64,000 bases of DNA from a virus. The notes below the pieces were generated by a model, which searched no databases, had not been told where the DNA came from, and saw only the letters and a list, made by a program, of their open reading frames with translations. Of the stretch, positions 20,201 through 29,215 are shown piece by piece. Made by a program: the position numbers and the translations under genes. Numbering within the stretch: position 1 is the stretch's first letter; every line of letters starts with the position of its first letter. Location: positions 32,001-96,000 of IMG/VR virus record IMGVR_UViG_3300042891_000377; one strand, written 5' to 3'.

Positions 20201-20950
20201 ATGACCACAAGATATAAGACCATTTGTATATCCGACTTTCACCTTGGCACTAAAGATGCTAAGGCTGATCTATTAAACAATTTCCTTAAAAATCACACCT
20301 GCGAAAATTTATTTTTAGTTGGTGATATTATTGACGGTTGGAAGATACAGCAGAACAAGTGGAAGTGGCATCAAAGCCATACTAATGTTATTCGTCGTAT
20401 ATTAGGTTATAGCAAGCGAGGTTGTAATGTAACCTATGTAACTGGCAATCATGACGAGTTTCTTCGCCCGTTGGTAAGTCATGGATTCAATCTCGGCAAT
20501 ATTCGTATGGTAAATCAAGCAGAATATCGCAGTATAGATGGCGAGTTGTTTCTAATTACCCACGGCGACTTATTTGACGGTATTACTAGATTAGCACCGT
20601 GGTTAGGATTTTTAGGTGATAAAGCATATGATGTAGCTTTATGGTTTAATAACTATTTTAACTTTGCTCGTAGAAAATTAGGATTTGGTTATTGGAGTTT
20701 AAGCAAGTTTTTAAAAGCTCGCGTTAAGAAAGCAATGGGTTTTGTATTTAAGTTTGAACTTAACATGTTACAGTATGCTCAAAAACAAGGGTATGATGGT
20801 GTTATCTGCGGACATATACACACACCCGAAATTAAACACATCAACGGCATGATTTATATGAACGACGGTGATTGGGTTGAAAGTTGTAGTGCCCTAGTAG
20901 AAGATTATGAAGGACGCTGGGATATTATATATTGGAATGAAATTAAATAG
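20201..20950 (+). CDS. Metallophosphoesterase, LpxH/PlcP-like (probable phospholipase C for lipid remodelling)
   Basis: ISDFHLG, LVGDIIDGW, GNHD, HGD, CGHIH, NDGDWVES. Confidence 0.8.
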   Translation: MTTRYKTICISDFHLGTKDAKADLLNNFLKNHTCENLFLVGDIIDGWKIQQNKWKWHQSHTNVIRRILGYSKRGCNVTYVTGNHDEFLRPLVSHGFNLGNIRMVNQAEYRSIDGELFLITHGDLFDGITRLAPWLGFLGDKAYDVALWFNNYFNFARRKLGFGYWSLSKFLKARVKKAMGFVFKFELNMLQYAQKQGYDGVICGHIHTPEIKHINGMIYMNDGDWVESCSALVEDYEGRWDIIYWNEIK

Positions 20951-20962
20951 GAGAGAATGTAA

Positions 20963-21964
20963 ATGACGATTCAACAGATTAAAACGATAATGTATTATGT
21001 AGTAATAGCATTTGCTGTATCAATGGCTGGATTAAAACAAGTTCAGGCAGCAGACAAAATGGTCAAAATAGACGGCAGTTCGACAGTCTATCCAATATCA
21101 GAAGCAGTAGCAGAAGAATTTCAAAAGAAAACAGGGGTTAAGGTAACAGTAGGTGAAAGTGGTACAGGTGGCGGCTTTAAAAAGTTCTGTCGCAGTGAAA
21201 CTGACATCAGCGATGCTAGTCGTCCTATTTCACAAAAAGAGATGGATGCTTGTAAAGAAGCAGGTGTACAGTACATCGAATTGCCCGTTGCCTACGATGC
21301 TCTAACTGTAGTAGTAAACAGCAAAAATGGCTGGGTTAAATCATTTACAGTTGAAGAATTGAAAAAAATATGGGCACCGGGTAGTTCAGTTAAAAACTGG
21401 AATCAAGTAAATCCAGCTTATCCAAATCAACCACTACAATTATTTGGCCCAGGTACAGCAAGTGGTACATTTGACTACTTCACCGAAGCTATCAATGGTA
21501 AGGCAAAATCCAGTCGCAGCGACTACACACCAAGTGAAGATGACAATGTTCTAGTAACTGGTGTAGCAGGTAATTCGGGGGCACTAGCTTACTTTGGTTA
21601 TGCTTATTACGAAGAAAACAAAGATAAATTACGTGCCATTCCTATCATTGCTAAGGGCTCAACAACGCCAGTATTACCAAGTCCAGAAGCAGTTATGAAT
21701 GGTACCTATCAACCATTAAGCCGCCCACTGTTTATCTATGTAAATGCAACAGCGGCTGCGTTTAGACCAGAAGTAAAAGCATTTGTAAATTTCTATTTAG
21801 AAAATGCACCTAAGTTAGTAAAAGAAGTAAAGTATGTTCCATTACCAGCAGACGACTATGCGGCAGTAACAGAGCATTTCAAAGCACTAAAACCAGGTAC
21901 AGGGTTTAACGGTACTCCAGAAGTAGGCATTAAAATTAAAGACTTAATTAAACGAATCAAATAA
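20963..21964 (+). CDS. pstS: Phosphate-binding protein PstS
   Basis: [44 protein letters not shown]. Confidence 0.93.
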   Translation: MTIQQIKTIMYYVVIAFAVSMAGLKQVQAADKMVKIDGSSTVYPISEAVAEEFQKKTGVKVTVGESGTGGGFKKFCRSETDISDASRPISQKEMDACKEAGVQYIELPVAYDALTVVVNSKNGWVKSFTVEELKKIWAPGSSVKNWNQVNPAYPNQPLQLFGPGTASGTFDYFTEAINGKAKSSRSDYTPSEDDNVLVTGVAGNSGALAYFGYAYYEENKDKLRAIPIIAKGSTTPVLPSPEAVMNGTYQPLSRPLFIYVNATAAAFRPEVKAFVNFYLENAPKLVKEVKYVPLPADDYAAVTEHFKALKPGTGFNGTPEVGIKIKDLIKRIK

Positions 21965-21973
21965 GGAAACATT

Positions 21974-23383
21974 ATGACATTAAAAAATATTATCACAGGT
22001 TTATTCATAGCATCAGCATTAATTGCTACACCAGTATATGCAGACAGCACTAACGACATCGTGAATGCGTTGGTGATGAAAGGCGTGTTAACCGAAGAAG
22101 AAGGTGCCTTAATTAACAAAGGTCGTACTGGAGAAACAAGCGCAGTTAAAAAAGAAAAAGATACCACTGTACATGCGGCTAGCAAAATGAATATACGTGG
22201 CTACTTACAGATACGAAATACTACTATGCTCAGTGGTGACGAAGGAGTTAACCTTTGGTCAGATCGATCTGTAGGTGACAAAAATTCACTCGCTGACCAA
22301 GACAAAAACTTCCTAATTCGTCGTGCTCGTATTATTATATCAGGTTCGGCAGGTGATCGTTTAGATTACTATATTCAACCCGACTTTGCTAGTACAGCAG
22401 GTACCACAGGTAACGTTGCGCAACTACGTGATGCTTATGGTGACGTGAATCTAACCAAAGATAAAGTGCACCGTGTGCGTGTGGGTCAAAGTAAAGTACC
22501 ATATGGATTTGAAAACTTACAATCTTCACAAAATCGTTTAGCACTTGATCGTGCCGACGCATTTAACAGCGCAGTACGTGATGAGCGTGATTTAGGTGCG
22601 TTCTACTACTACACACCAGATAATGTACAAAAGTTGTTTAAAGAAATACAAGACAGTGGTTTAAAACATTCAGGTAACTACGGTATGTTTGGCGTTGGTA
22701 TATATAACGGCCAGGGTGCTAACCAACAAGATCGTAACGATAATTATCATACAGTAGCACGTTTTACTTACCCTTGGAAAACAGAAAGCGGACAAATATA
22801 CGAAGCTGGTATACAAGGTTATACAGGCAAGTATGTAAGAACAGGCAGTGCGTATAGAAGAAACATGGGCAACAACGTTTACGCAACTAAAACACCGACA
22901 TTAGAACCGGGCAACACAACTGGATTTAAAGACGAACGTATGGGTGTAAGTTTTATGATGTACCCACAACCGTTTGGTATACAAGGTGAGTGGAACTGGG
23001 GTAAAACTCCTGGCTTAGATACTGCTGCTAGTACTGATGGTATTATCAAAGAAACTAACTTGAACGGTGGTTACATTCAAACTATGTATAAAATTGATAA
23101 CTTTAAAGTATTAGATACCAATGGTACACTAATTCCATTTGTTAGATGGCAATACTTTGATGGTGCGTCAAAAGCAGAAACTAACTCACCAATGAACAAG
23201 GTTAACGATTGGGAGATGGGTGCTGAATGGCAAATCGCGCCAGAGGTTGAACTTGTGGCTTACTATCATATGATGAATCGTAGCAACCTAGTAACAGGAG
23301 CATCGGCTACTACACTAGTAAAGCAGGACTATGCTAACTTTAAAGCAGATGCCCTGCGTGTTCAACTACAGTATAACTTTTAG
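21974..23383 (+). CDS. Phosphate-selective porin (OprO/OprP family)
   Basis: Signal peptide; L..KGVLTEEE; FLIRRARI, LRDAY, GQSKVPYGFENLQSS; C-terminal YNF. Confidence 0.8.
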   Translation: MTLKNIITGLFIASALIATPVYADSTNDIVNALVMKGVLTEEEGALINKGRTGETSAVKKEKDTTVHAASKMNIRGYLQIRNTTMLSGDEGVNLWSDRSVGDKNSLADQDKNFLIRRARIIISGSAGDRLDYYIQPDFASTAGTTGNVAQLRDAYGDVNLTKDKVHRVRVGQSKVPYGFENLQSSQNRLALDRADAFNSAVRDERDLGAFYYYTPDNVQKLFKEIQDSGLKHSGNYGMFGVGIYNGQGANQQDRNDNYHTVARFTYPWKTESGQIYEAGIQGYTGKYVRTGSAYRRNMGNNVYATKTPTLEPGNTTGFKDERMGVSFMMYPQPFGIQGEWNWGKTPGLDTAASTDGIIKETNLNGGYIQTMYKIDNFKVLDTNGTLIPFVRWQYFDGASKAETNSPMNKVNDWEMGAEWQIAPEVELVAYYHMMNRSNLVTGASATTLVKQDYANFKADALRVQLQYNF

Positions 23384-23391
23384 GAAACATT

Positions 23392-23481
23392 ATGTTTGAA
23401 CTTTTTATAGATGCTGTAAAAGATATTAGCGGTATATTGGCGATAATGGCGGCTATTGGTATATGGTCATTTTTACTATAG
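23392..23481 (+). CDS. Small single-TM peptide (29 aa, not in ORF track)
   Basis: AGGA RBS; MFELFIDAVKDISGILAIMAAIGIWSFLL. Confidence 0.45.
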   Translation: MFELFIDAVKDISGILAIMAAIGIWSFLL

Positions 23482-23614
23482 ATTGCAAGAAAATTACTGG
23501 TCTTTAATGATTTTACGTATGTTATTTAGGTCAAAACGGTGTTACTATATGTATAAGTACTAGTAACAACAAAACATGTTGTGGTACTTTTAATAATTTA
23601 CTAGGAGAAATACT

Positions 23615-23686
23615 ATGTGGACTAAACCAGCAGCCACTGAAATGCGTTTCGGTTTTGAAGTAACTCTTTACGTAATGAACCGTTAA
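23615..23686 (+). CDS. pqqA: PQQ precursor peptide PqqA (not in ORF track)
   Basis: MWTKPAATEMRFGFEVTLYVMNR with conserved E-x-x-x-Y; AGGAG RBS. Confidence 0.95.
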   Translation: MWTKPAATEMRFGFEVTLYVMNR

Positions 23687-23709
23687 TTTTAAGGTCCATA
23701 ACGTAAACA

Positions 23710-23732
23710 AAGCCTCTTAGGAGGCTTTTTTA
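23710..23732 (+). terminator. Terminator after pqqA (overlaps the stop of the convergent HNH gene)
   Basis: AAAGCCTC-TTAG-GAGGCTTTTTT. Confidence 0.75.
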
Positions 23733-24181
23733 TTGGCCCGTGTTTCTGCCAAGGATGCTCTAATTTTTGCTCGTGTTTCTTCACTAACGACATGCCCTTT
23801 ACGACTTGCGGCCCAATTAGCCATATGTTCTTCAGACTTCTTTTTGCCCTTCATTGCTTCAGAACGTTTTTTATTGGCTTCTTCTAACTTACCACTTGCT
23901 CGTTGTCTTTCTGTTCTAAGTTTACAACTTTCTCTGAGTTTTGCTTTAGATTCCTCAGACATGGGTTTCTTGCTGCCTTTACTCCTTGCCATAAACATTG
24001 CCTCATCTTGTCCCATTTGCCCAGACAATGCTTGCCAAGCACAATAGTCTTGCCAATTGCCGTGTTGTTCGTACAGCAAGCGATGCGCTTCTGCGTGAGC
24101 TTCTACGGTAAGTTCTATTAGGTTACTAGGATCGTCGGTGCCGCCTAGGTATTGAGGTAAGATGTGATGTATATGTTTCAT
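23717..24181 (-). mobile_element. Free-standing HNH homing endonuclease with NUMOD3-like DNA-binding repeats
   Basis: HIHHILP..LGGTDDPSNL..LT...HAEAH; repeats SEESKAKL / SEETRAKI. Confidence 0.75.
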
Positions 24182-24212
24182 ACAGTTATTTATTATTGTT
24201 ACTTCATAACCT

Positions 24213-24262
24213 ATAAACAAAACTTATTGCGACCATTTAAAAATACAATTAAAAAAACCTAT
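24213..24262 (+). promoter_or_regulatory. Possible OxyR-type site upstream of ahpC
   Basis: ATAA-N7-TTAT-N7-ATTT-N7-CAAT plus ATTA-N7-CTAT; the region is very AT-rich. Confidence 0.4.
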
Positions 24263-24335
24263 TAATCAGGCTTTTTTTATTAAAAATTTTAATATATAAT
24301 ATATGTACATTAACAATTTAATCAAGGGGAAGTAA

Positions 24336-24902
24336 ATGAGTTTAATCGGAAAACAAGTAGAAGCATTTAAAGCACAAGCATACCGTCAAGGTCAGTTTGT
24401 AGAAGTATCAGAGCAAGATTTAAAAGGTCGTTGGAGTATAGTATTCTTTTACCCAGCAGACTTTACATTCGTCTGCCCAACAGAATTAGCAGACTTACAA
24501 GACGTATACGCTAGTGACTTTAAAGCAATGGGGGTAGAAGTATACAGCGTAAGCACAGACACACACTTTGTACACAAAGCATGGGCAGATGCTACAGACA
24601 CAATCCGTAACATCACCTACACAATGATTGGCGATGCTAACCATCAGTTAGCTCGACAATTTGGTGTGCTAATTGAAAGCGAAGGACTAGCTGATCGCGG
24701 TACGTTTGTTATTGATCCAGATGGTGTTGTACAGATCATTGAGATCAATCCAGGGGGTGTTGGCCGTGACGCAAAAGAACTATTGCGTAAAGTTAAAGCG
24801 GCAAAATACACTAGAGAGCATCCGGGTGAAGTATGCCCGGCTAAATGGCAAGAAGGAAGTGCTACCTTAGCACCAAGTTTGGATTTAGTAGGTAAACTAT
24901 AA
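24336..24902 (+). CDS. ahpC: Peroxiredoxin AhpC
   Basis: [21 protein letters not shown]. Confidence 0.95.
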   Translation: MSLIGKQVEAFKAQAYRQGQFVEVSEQDLKGRWSIVFFYPADFTFVCPTELADLQDVYASDFKAMGVEVYSVSTDTHFVHKAWADATDTIRNITYTMIGDANHQLARQFGVLIESEGLADRGTFVIDPDGVVQIIEINPGGVGRDAKELLRKVKAAKYTREHPGEVCPAKWQEGSATLAPSLDLVGKL

Positions 24903-24906
24903 AAAC

Positions 24907-24933
24907 AAAAAGCCCCAATTAAGGGGCTTTTTT
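24907..24933. terminator. Bidirectional terminator between ahpC and cytochrome c
   Basis: AAAAAGCCCC-AATTAA-GGGGCTTTTT. Confidence 0.8.
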
Positions 24934-24934
24934 A

Positions 24935-25231
24935 TCACTGAGTTAACACCCATTTAACTAGCGTTTTAATATCCTCGTCTTTGATCTGTGGACTCATTGG
25001 CGGCATTGGGATAGGACCCCATACTCCACTACCACCTGCTTTAACCTTTGCTACTAGTTTAGCCTCTACATCTTGACCTTTGTATTTCTTAGCAACGTCT
25101 TTATACGCTGGACCTAAGATCTTATGATCAACTGCGTGACAAGCTAAACACCCACTTTTCTGTGCCAATGCTTGGTTAGCATTTGCTGTGATGCAACTAC
25201 CTAATAATAATACTGCTAAAATAGTTTTCAT
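24935..25231 (-). CDS. Periplasmic class I cytochrome c (c551/c552-like)
   Basis: Signal peptide, CLACH haem motif, GPAYKDVA, GVWGPIPMPP (axial Met). Confidence 0.92.
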   Translation of the reverse strand: MKTILAVLLLGSCITANANQALAQKSGCLACHAVDHKILGPAYKDVAKKYKGQDVEAKLVAKVKAGGSGVWGPIPMPPMSPQIKDEDIKTLVKWVLTQ

Positions 25232-25346
25232 TTTAGACCTTTCATAAAAGTTAACTTACAATGTATTTAACGCCGATAAACTATATCTATTTATTTTTGG
25301 TAGAATTTTGATTGACGAAAATTCCAAAAGAGTAAATAATAGTACT

Positions 25347-27371
25347 ATGATGAAAAATAAACTTAAAAAACTCCTAGTCAGTCCGTGGACTGCGTTAATT
25401 ACATTAGCTGTTATTGTAGTAGTAATCCTACAAGGACCTACATTCGTAGAGTCGGTTAGACTTAGATACTTTGACACACTGATTAGTGGCAAGGCTCCTA
25501 CAGAAAATAATATCTATACTGTAAACATAGATGAAGCAACATTAGACAAGTATGGGCAATGGCCATTTAAGCGTGACAAGTACGCAGACCTAATTGATGA
25601 CCTGTACAAACATGGCGCTGGCCTAGTTGTTTGGACTGTTATGATGCCAGAAGCAGACCGTCAAGGTGGCGATGCGGCCTTGGCATTAGAGTTAGAGGAC
25701 CATCCAGTTATCCTTACTAACATGCCCAGTGAAAAGTCTAAGAACATCCCACGTAAACCAGGCAGTGCTGTTATTGGTGACGAGTACAGCGACACAATTA
25801 TCACCTATCCGGGTATCATTGCTAACATTCCAGAACTAGAACGTAATGCCGCTGGTGTTGGTATTGCTAACACATTCCCAGAGGTAGATGGTGTTAATCG
25901 TCGACTACCATTGTTCGTTGGTTATGACAATAACGTATATCCAAGTATTCCGTTAGAAGTATTACGTGTTATATCGCAAGACTCAACATTCCAAGTTAAA
26001 CTAAATGAATTTGGTGTTGAGAAAATGCGCATACCAAGTTTCCGTCCTATCAGCACAGATAGCTTAGGTCGTATCTGGGTAGACTGGAGTCAAAAGTCAA
26101 CACAGGTATCAGCAGTCAACTTGCCTACAGACTTTGGTGGTGCTGTGGTTATTGTAGGCCTAAGTGCCGCAGGTTTAGCTAACCCAGTGCCAACTAGTAT
26201 CGGTAGCGTATGGCCACAAGATATGCAGGCCGCTGTTATTGGTACGTTAGCTAACAACGTAAACATTGAACGTCCATTCTGGGCAGACAATGCTGAACTG
26301 TTGGCTCTTATTGTTATCTCACTTATTATTTTAATCTTGAGCCGTTGGGTATATGTTGGCCTAGGAGTTGGCGTTGTATTGCTTGCGGCAATTACACCTG
26401 CAACAATGTATGCGTTTGCGCACTATAACTTCTTGTTTGATGCCATTGTGCCCACAGCAGGCGGTGTACTGGTTATGCTACACGCTTATGGTGTTAAGTT
26501 TATTAGCGAGTTCTTACAGAAACAACAGATCAAGAAACAATTTGGTAGCTACGTTAACCCTACTATTGTTGAACGCTTACAAAAGAATCCAGAGCTGATT
26601 AAACTAGGCGGCGAACGTAAAGAACTTTCAATTGTTATGACTGACCTACGTGGCTTCACAACACTTGGCGAATCGTTTGGTGATGATGTAGAAGGACTTA
26701 CACAGATCATGAATGACTACATGACAGCATTGAGTATTCCTGTGCTAAAGAATGATGGTACTTTAATTAAGTTTATCGGTGATGCTAGTTTACACGTACA
26801 CGGTGCTCCGTTGGATGATGCTAATCACGCTAAGACTGCGGTGCGTACTGCACTCGAAATGATCAAAGCCATTGAAGACTTTAACGTAGAACTTGTTGCT
26901 AGTGGCCGGCCACCGGTTGGTATGGGTGCTGGTGTTAACACAGGTGAAACCTTAATTGGTAACATTGGTGCTAAGAGCAAGTTTGGTTATGACGTTCTAG
27001 GTGACAGTGTAAGTACTGCGGCACGTTTAGAAGGACAAACTAAGTCATATGGTGTGTTACTAATCATCGGTCCTAAGACTGCTGAATACTGTAAAGATGA
27101 CTTCCCTGTAGTATGGTTAGACAACATTGCCGTTAAAGGTAAAACTATTGGCTTAGATATCTACACAGTTGGTCGTACTAATCTTTATATGCACGAGGAG
27201 TATCGTAAAGAATATACTCGTGGTAATTGGGGCAAGGCTATTGTATGGGCTAAAAAATTAGTCAACAACGATGATGTTGATATTAAACATTACTATGAAC
27301 TAATGATTGAACGTATGGAACAGGGTGTTCCTGCAAACTGGGATGGCACTTATCACGCCACTTCAAAATAA
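25347..27371 (+). CDS. CHASE2-domain class III adenylate cyclase
   Basis: N-terminal TM, IDEATL..YGQWPF.R (CHASE2), further TMs, TDLRGFT, KFIGDA, GVNTG, YDVLGD.V..AARLEG. Confidence 0.9.
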   Translation: MMKNKLKKLLVSPWTALITLAVIVVVILQGPTFVESVRLRYFDTLISGKAPTENNIYTVNIDEATLDKYGQWPFKRDKYADLIDDLYKHGAGLVVWTVMMPEADRQGGDAALALELEDHPVILTNMPSEKSKNIPRKPGSAVIGDEYSDTIITYPGIIANIPELERNAAGVGIANTFPEVDGVNRRLPLFVGYDNNVYPSIPLEVLRVISQDSTFQVKLNEFGVEKMRIPSFRPISTDSLGRIWVDWSQKSTQVSAVNLPTDFGGAVVIVGLSAAGLANPVPTSIGSVWPQDMQAAVIGTLANNVNIERPFWADNAELLALIVISLIILILSRWVYVGLGVGVVLLAAITPATMYAFAHYNFLFDAIVPTAGGVLVMLHAYGVKFISEFLQKQQIKKQFGSYVNPTIVERLQKNPELIKLGGERKELSIVMTDLRGFTTLGESFGDDVEGLTQIMNDYMTALSIPVLKNDGTLIKFIGDASLHVHGAPLDDANHAKTAVRTALEMIKAIEDFNVELVASGRPPVGMGAGVNTGETLIGNIGAKSKFGYDVLGDSVSTAARLEGQTKSYGVLLIIGPKTAEYCKDDFPVVWLDNIAVKGKTIGLDIYTVGRTNLYMHEEYRKEYTRGNWGKAIVWAKKLVNNDDVDIKHYYELMIERMEQGVPANWDGTYHATSK

Positions 27372-27382
27372 AGGATTAGATT

Positions 27383-28108
27383 GTGTATCTAATAAACAAT
27401 CAACCTGTAATTGATCTGTCAGAATATGTTAATATGCAGAAGTTGTTTGATCAAAAATCACAGTTCGATTATGCTGTGGTTAAGAGTTCACCGCTGGTTA
27501 CTCCCGCTCGTTATTATCGCACACAATTCTTAGACCAACAACATCTTGGAATTTCAGATGTAATAGAAACATATAATAATTCAGATGAATTTGATTTCCT
27601 TCAAGACCTTAGAGATCACGGTCAATTGGCTAGTTGGTTAAGATACAATCAAAATCTTATATACGGACAACAAAGTGTTCCTATAATCTACCCAACAAAT
27701 TGGCTTACTAAACATATTGCAGATGAAACAGTCAAAACAGAAAACGTAAAATATTTTAAATTTTTATTTGATTGGTTAGCTGATGAACAAATATTTACTG
27801 AGTACGGTCGTGTAGTAGTATTTTTAAATGAGCCGGGAGTTTCAACACCAATTCATCAAGACTCTTCCGATGCATCACGAAAAGATGAATTCATTTGGTT
27901 AAGTCTCGGCGATAGGAAAAAGTTTTTTGTATACGATGAAAAAAATAAAGTTAAGCATTATTTAACAAGTGCTATCGGCACGTTTGATGCTACTAATTAT
28001 CATGGCGCTGATGCGGGGGAATTTGCATCGTGGAGTATGCGTATAGATGGTACATTCTCAGATTCATTTTTAATAAAAACTAATTTATATAAACATTTTA
28101 GGAATTAA
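27383..28108 (+). CDS. Cupin/2OG-Fe(II) oxygenase-like protein
   Basis: HQD motif, distal YHG, SMRIDG. Confidence 0.5.
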   Translation: MYLINNQPVIDLSEYVNMQKLFDQKSQFDYAVVKSSPLVTPARYYRTQFLDQQHLGISDVIETYNNSDEFDFLQDLRDHGQLASWLRYNQNLIYGQQSVPIIYPTNWLTKHIADETVKTENVKYFKFLFDWLADEQIFTEYGRVVVFLNEPGVSTPIHQDSSDASRKDEFIWLSLGDRKKFFVYDEKNKVKHYLTSAIGTFDATNYHGADAGEFASWSMRIDGTFSDSFLIKTNLYKHFRN

Positions 28109-28109
28109 T

Positions 28110-28895
28110 ATGAAATATTTTATAGTATTAATACTGTTTCTATCAACGTCAGCTATAGCAAAACCTATTACTGCTAAAAGTTTTTTAGTGGCAGATAACA
28201 CAGGCGAAGTTATATTAGAAAAGAATGCCGACCGTGTACAGCCCATTGCTAGCATTACTAAACTAATGACAGTAATGGTAGTGCTAGACGCCCACCAAAA
28301 CTTAGATGAAATGATCACATTGGATCGCAGATTAGTTGGCAAGTATCACACTCGATTGCCTCGCAGTGTTAAACAACTTACTCGTGGTGAATTGATTGAT
28401 CTTGCTATTGTTAAGAGTGATAACCTTGCCGCATATACATTAGGCGCAAATTATCCGGGCGGTTTAACACGATGTATTGCTGAGATGAATCACATTGCGT
28501 TTGTACTAGGTATGTCAAATACCACATTTGCTGACCCAACAGGACTAGACGCAGACAACGTCAGTAACGCTCGTGACTTAGGCAAATTAGTTTTAGCCGC
28601 AAAAGAATATACGGAGATTACCGAAGCAAGTGGTAAACCTAATGTAAGTATCAAAGTTAAACGTCGTTGGTGGCAGTTTGGTAACACTAATCCAATGGTT
28701 AGAAATAGCAATGATGTACGAGTGAGTAAAACAGGTTATATAAATGAAAGTGGTGGTTGTGTGGTTATGCTACTTGATACTGAATTAGGACAACGTGTGA
28801 TTGTATTGTTGGGTAGTAAAAATACTCGTACACGTTTCCCAGAAGCACAAAAAATCGCTGTAACAGTTAGTAACAGCGATATTAATGTTGATTAG
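28110..28895 (+). CDS. D-Ala-D-Ala endo/carboxypeptidase (PBP7/peptidase S11)
   Basis: Signal peptide; SITK (SxxK), SDN, KTG. Confidence 0.9.
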   Translation: MKYFIVLILFLSTSAIAKPITAKSFLVADNTGEVILEKNADRVQPIASITKLMTVMVVLDAHQNLDEMITLDRRLVGKYHTRLPRSVKQLTRGELIDLAIVKSDNLAAYTLGANYPGGLTRCIAEMNHIAFVLGMSNTTFADPTGLDADNVSNARDLGKLVLAAKEYTEITEASGKPNVSIKVKRRWWQFGNTNPMVRNSNDVRVSKTGYINESGGCVVMLLDTELGQRVIVLLGSKNTRTRFPEAQKIAVTVSNSDINVD

Positions 28896-29215
28896 TCACT
28901 GCCACCACTAGCGGCTTTATCGTCTTCTGATTTCTTATCAACATTGTTGATAGCTTTCTCAGCTTCTACACGTTCAAATTCAATTGTCTTACCGCGTAAA
29001 TGTAATACTGTGTTTACTTTTTGATTCAAACGTATCAAATCGTTGTCTAACATACGTATACGATCAATTAAGGCAATAAGCACAGTATTTGCGTCTGAAA
29101 TGACTGGTTTTACCTCTTTTGTAGCCCATTCCCACACGTATTTGATGATGAATCCCATACCCACTGCCATAACAATGGGAAAGCCATATTTGTTTACTAA
29201 ATCTACTACATCCAT
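28892..29215 (-). CDS. Small membrane protein (GFP-motif TM plus coiled coil)
   Basis: YGFPIVMA TM, LIDRIRMLDNDLIR; paralog of 30694-30975. Confidence 0.7.
   Translation of the reverse strand: MDVVDLVNKYGFPIVMAVGMGFIIKYVWEWATKEVKPVISDANTVLIALIDRIRMLDNDLIRLNQKVNTVLHLRGKTIEFERVEAEKAINNVDKKSEDDKAASGGSD

Noticed and set aside
23690-24330. Group I intron around the HNH gene
   Set aside because: No interrupted gene: pqqA and ahpC are intact and the endonuclease is on the opposite strand
24935-25231. Calling the cytochrome XoxG/MxaG
   Set aside because: It is short and c551/c552-like, not cytochrome cL-like; the direct XoxF partner role is unproven
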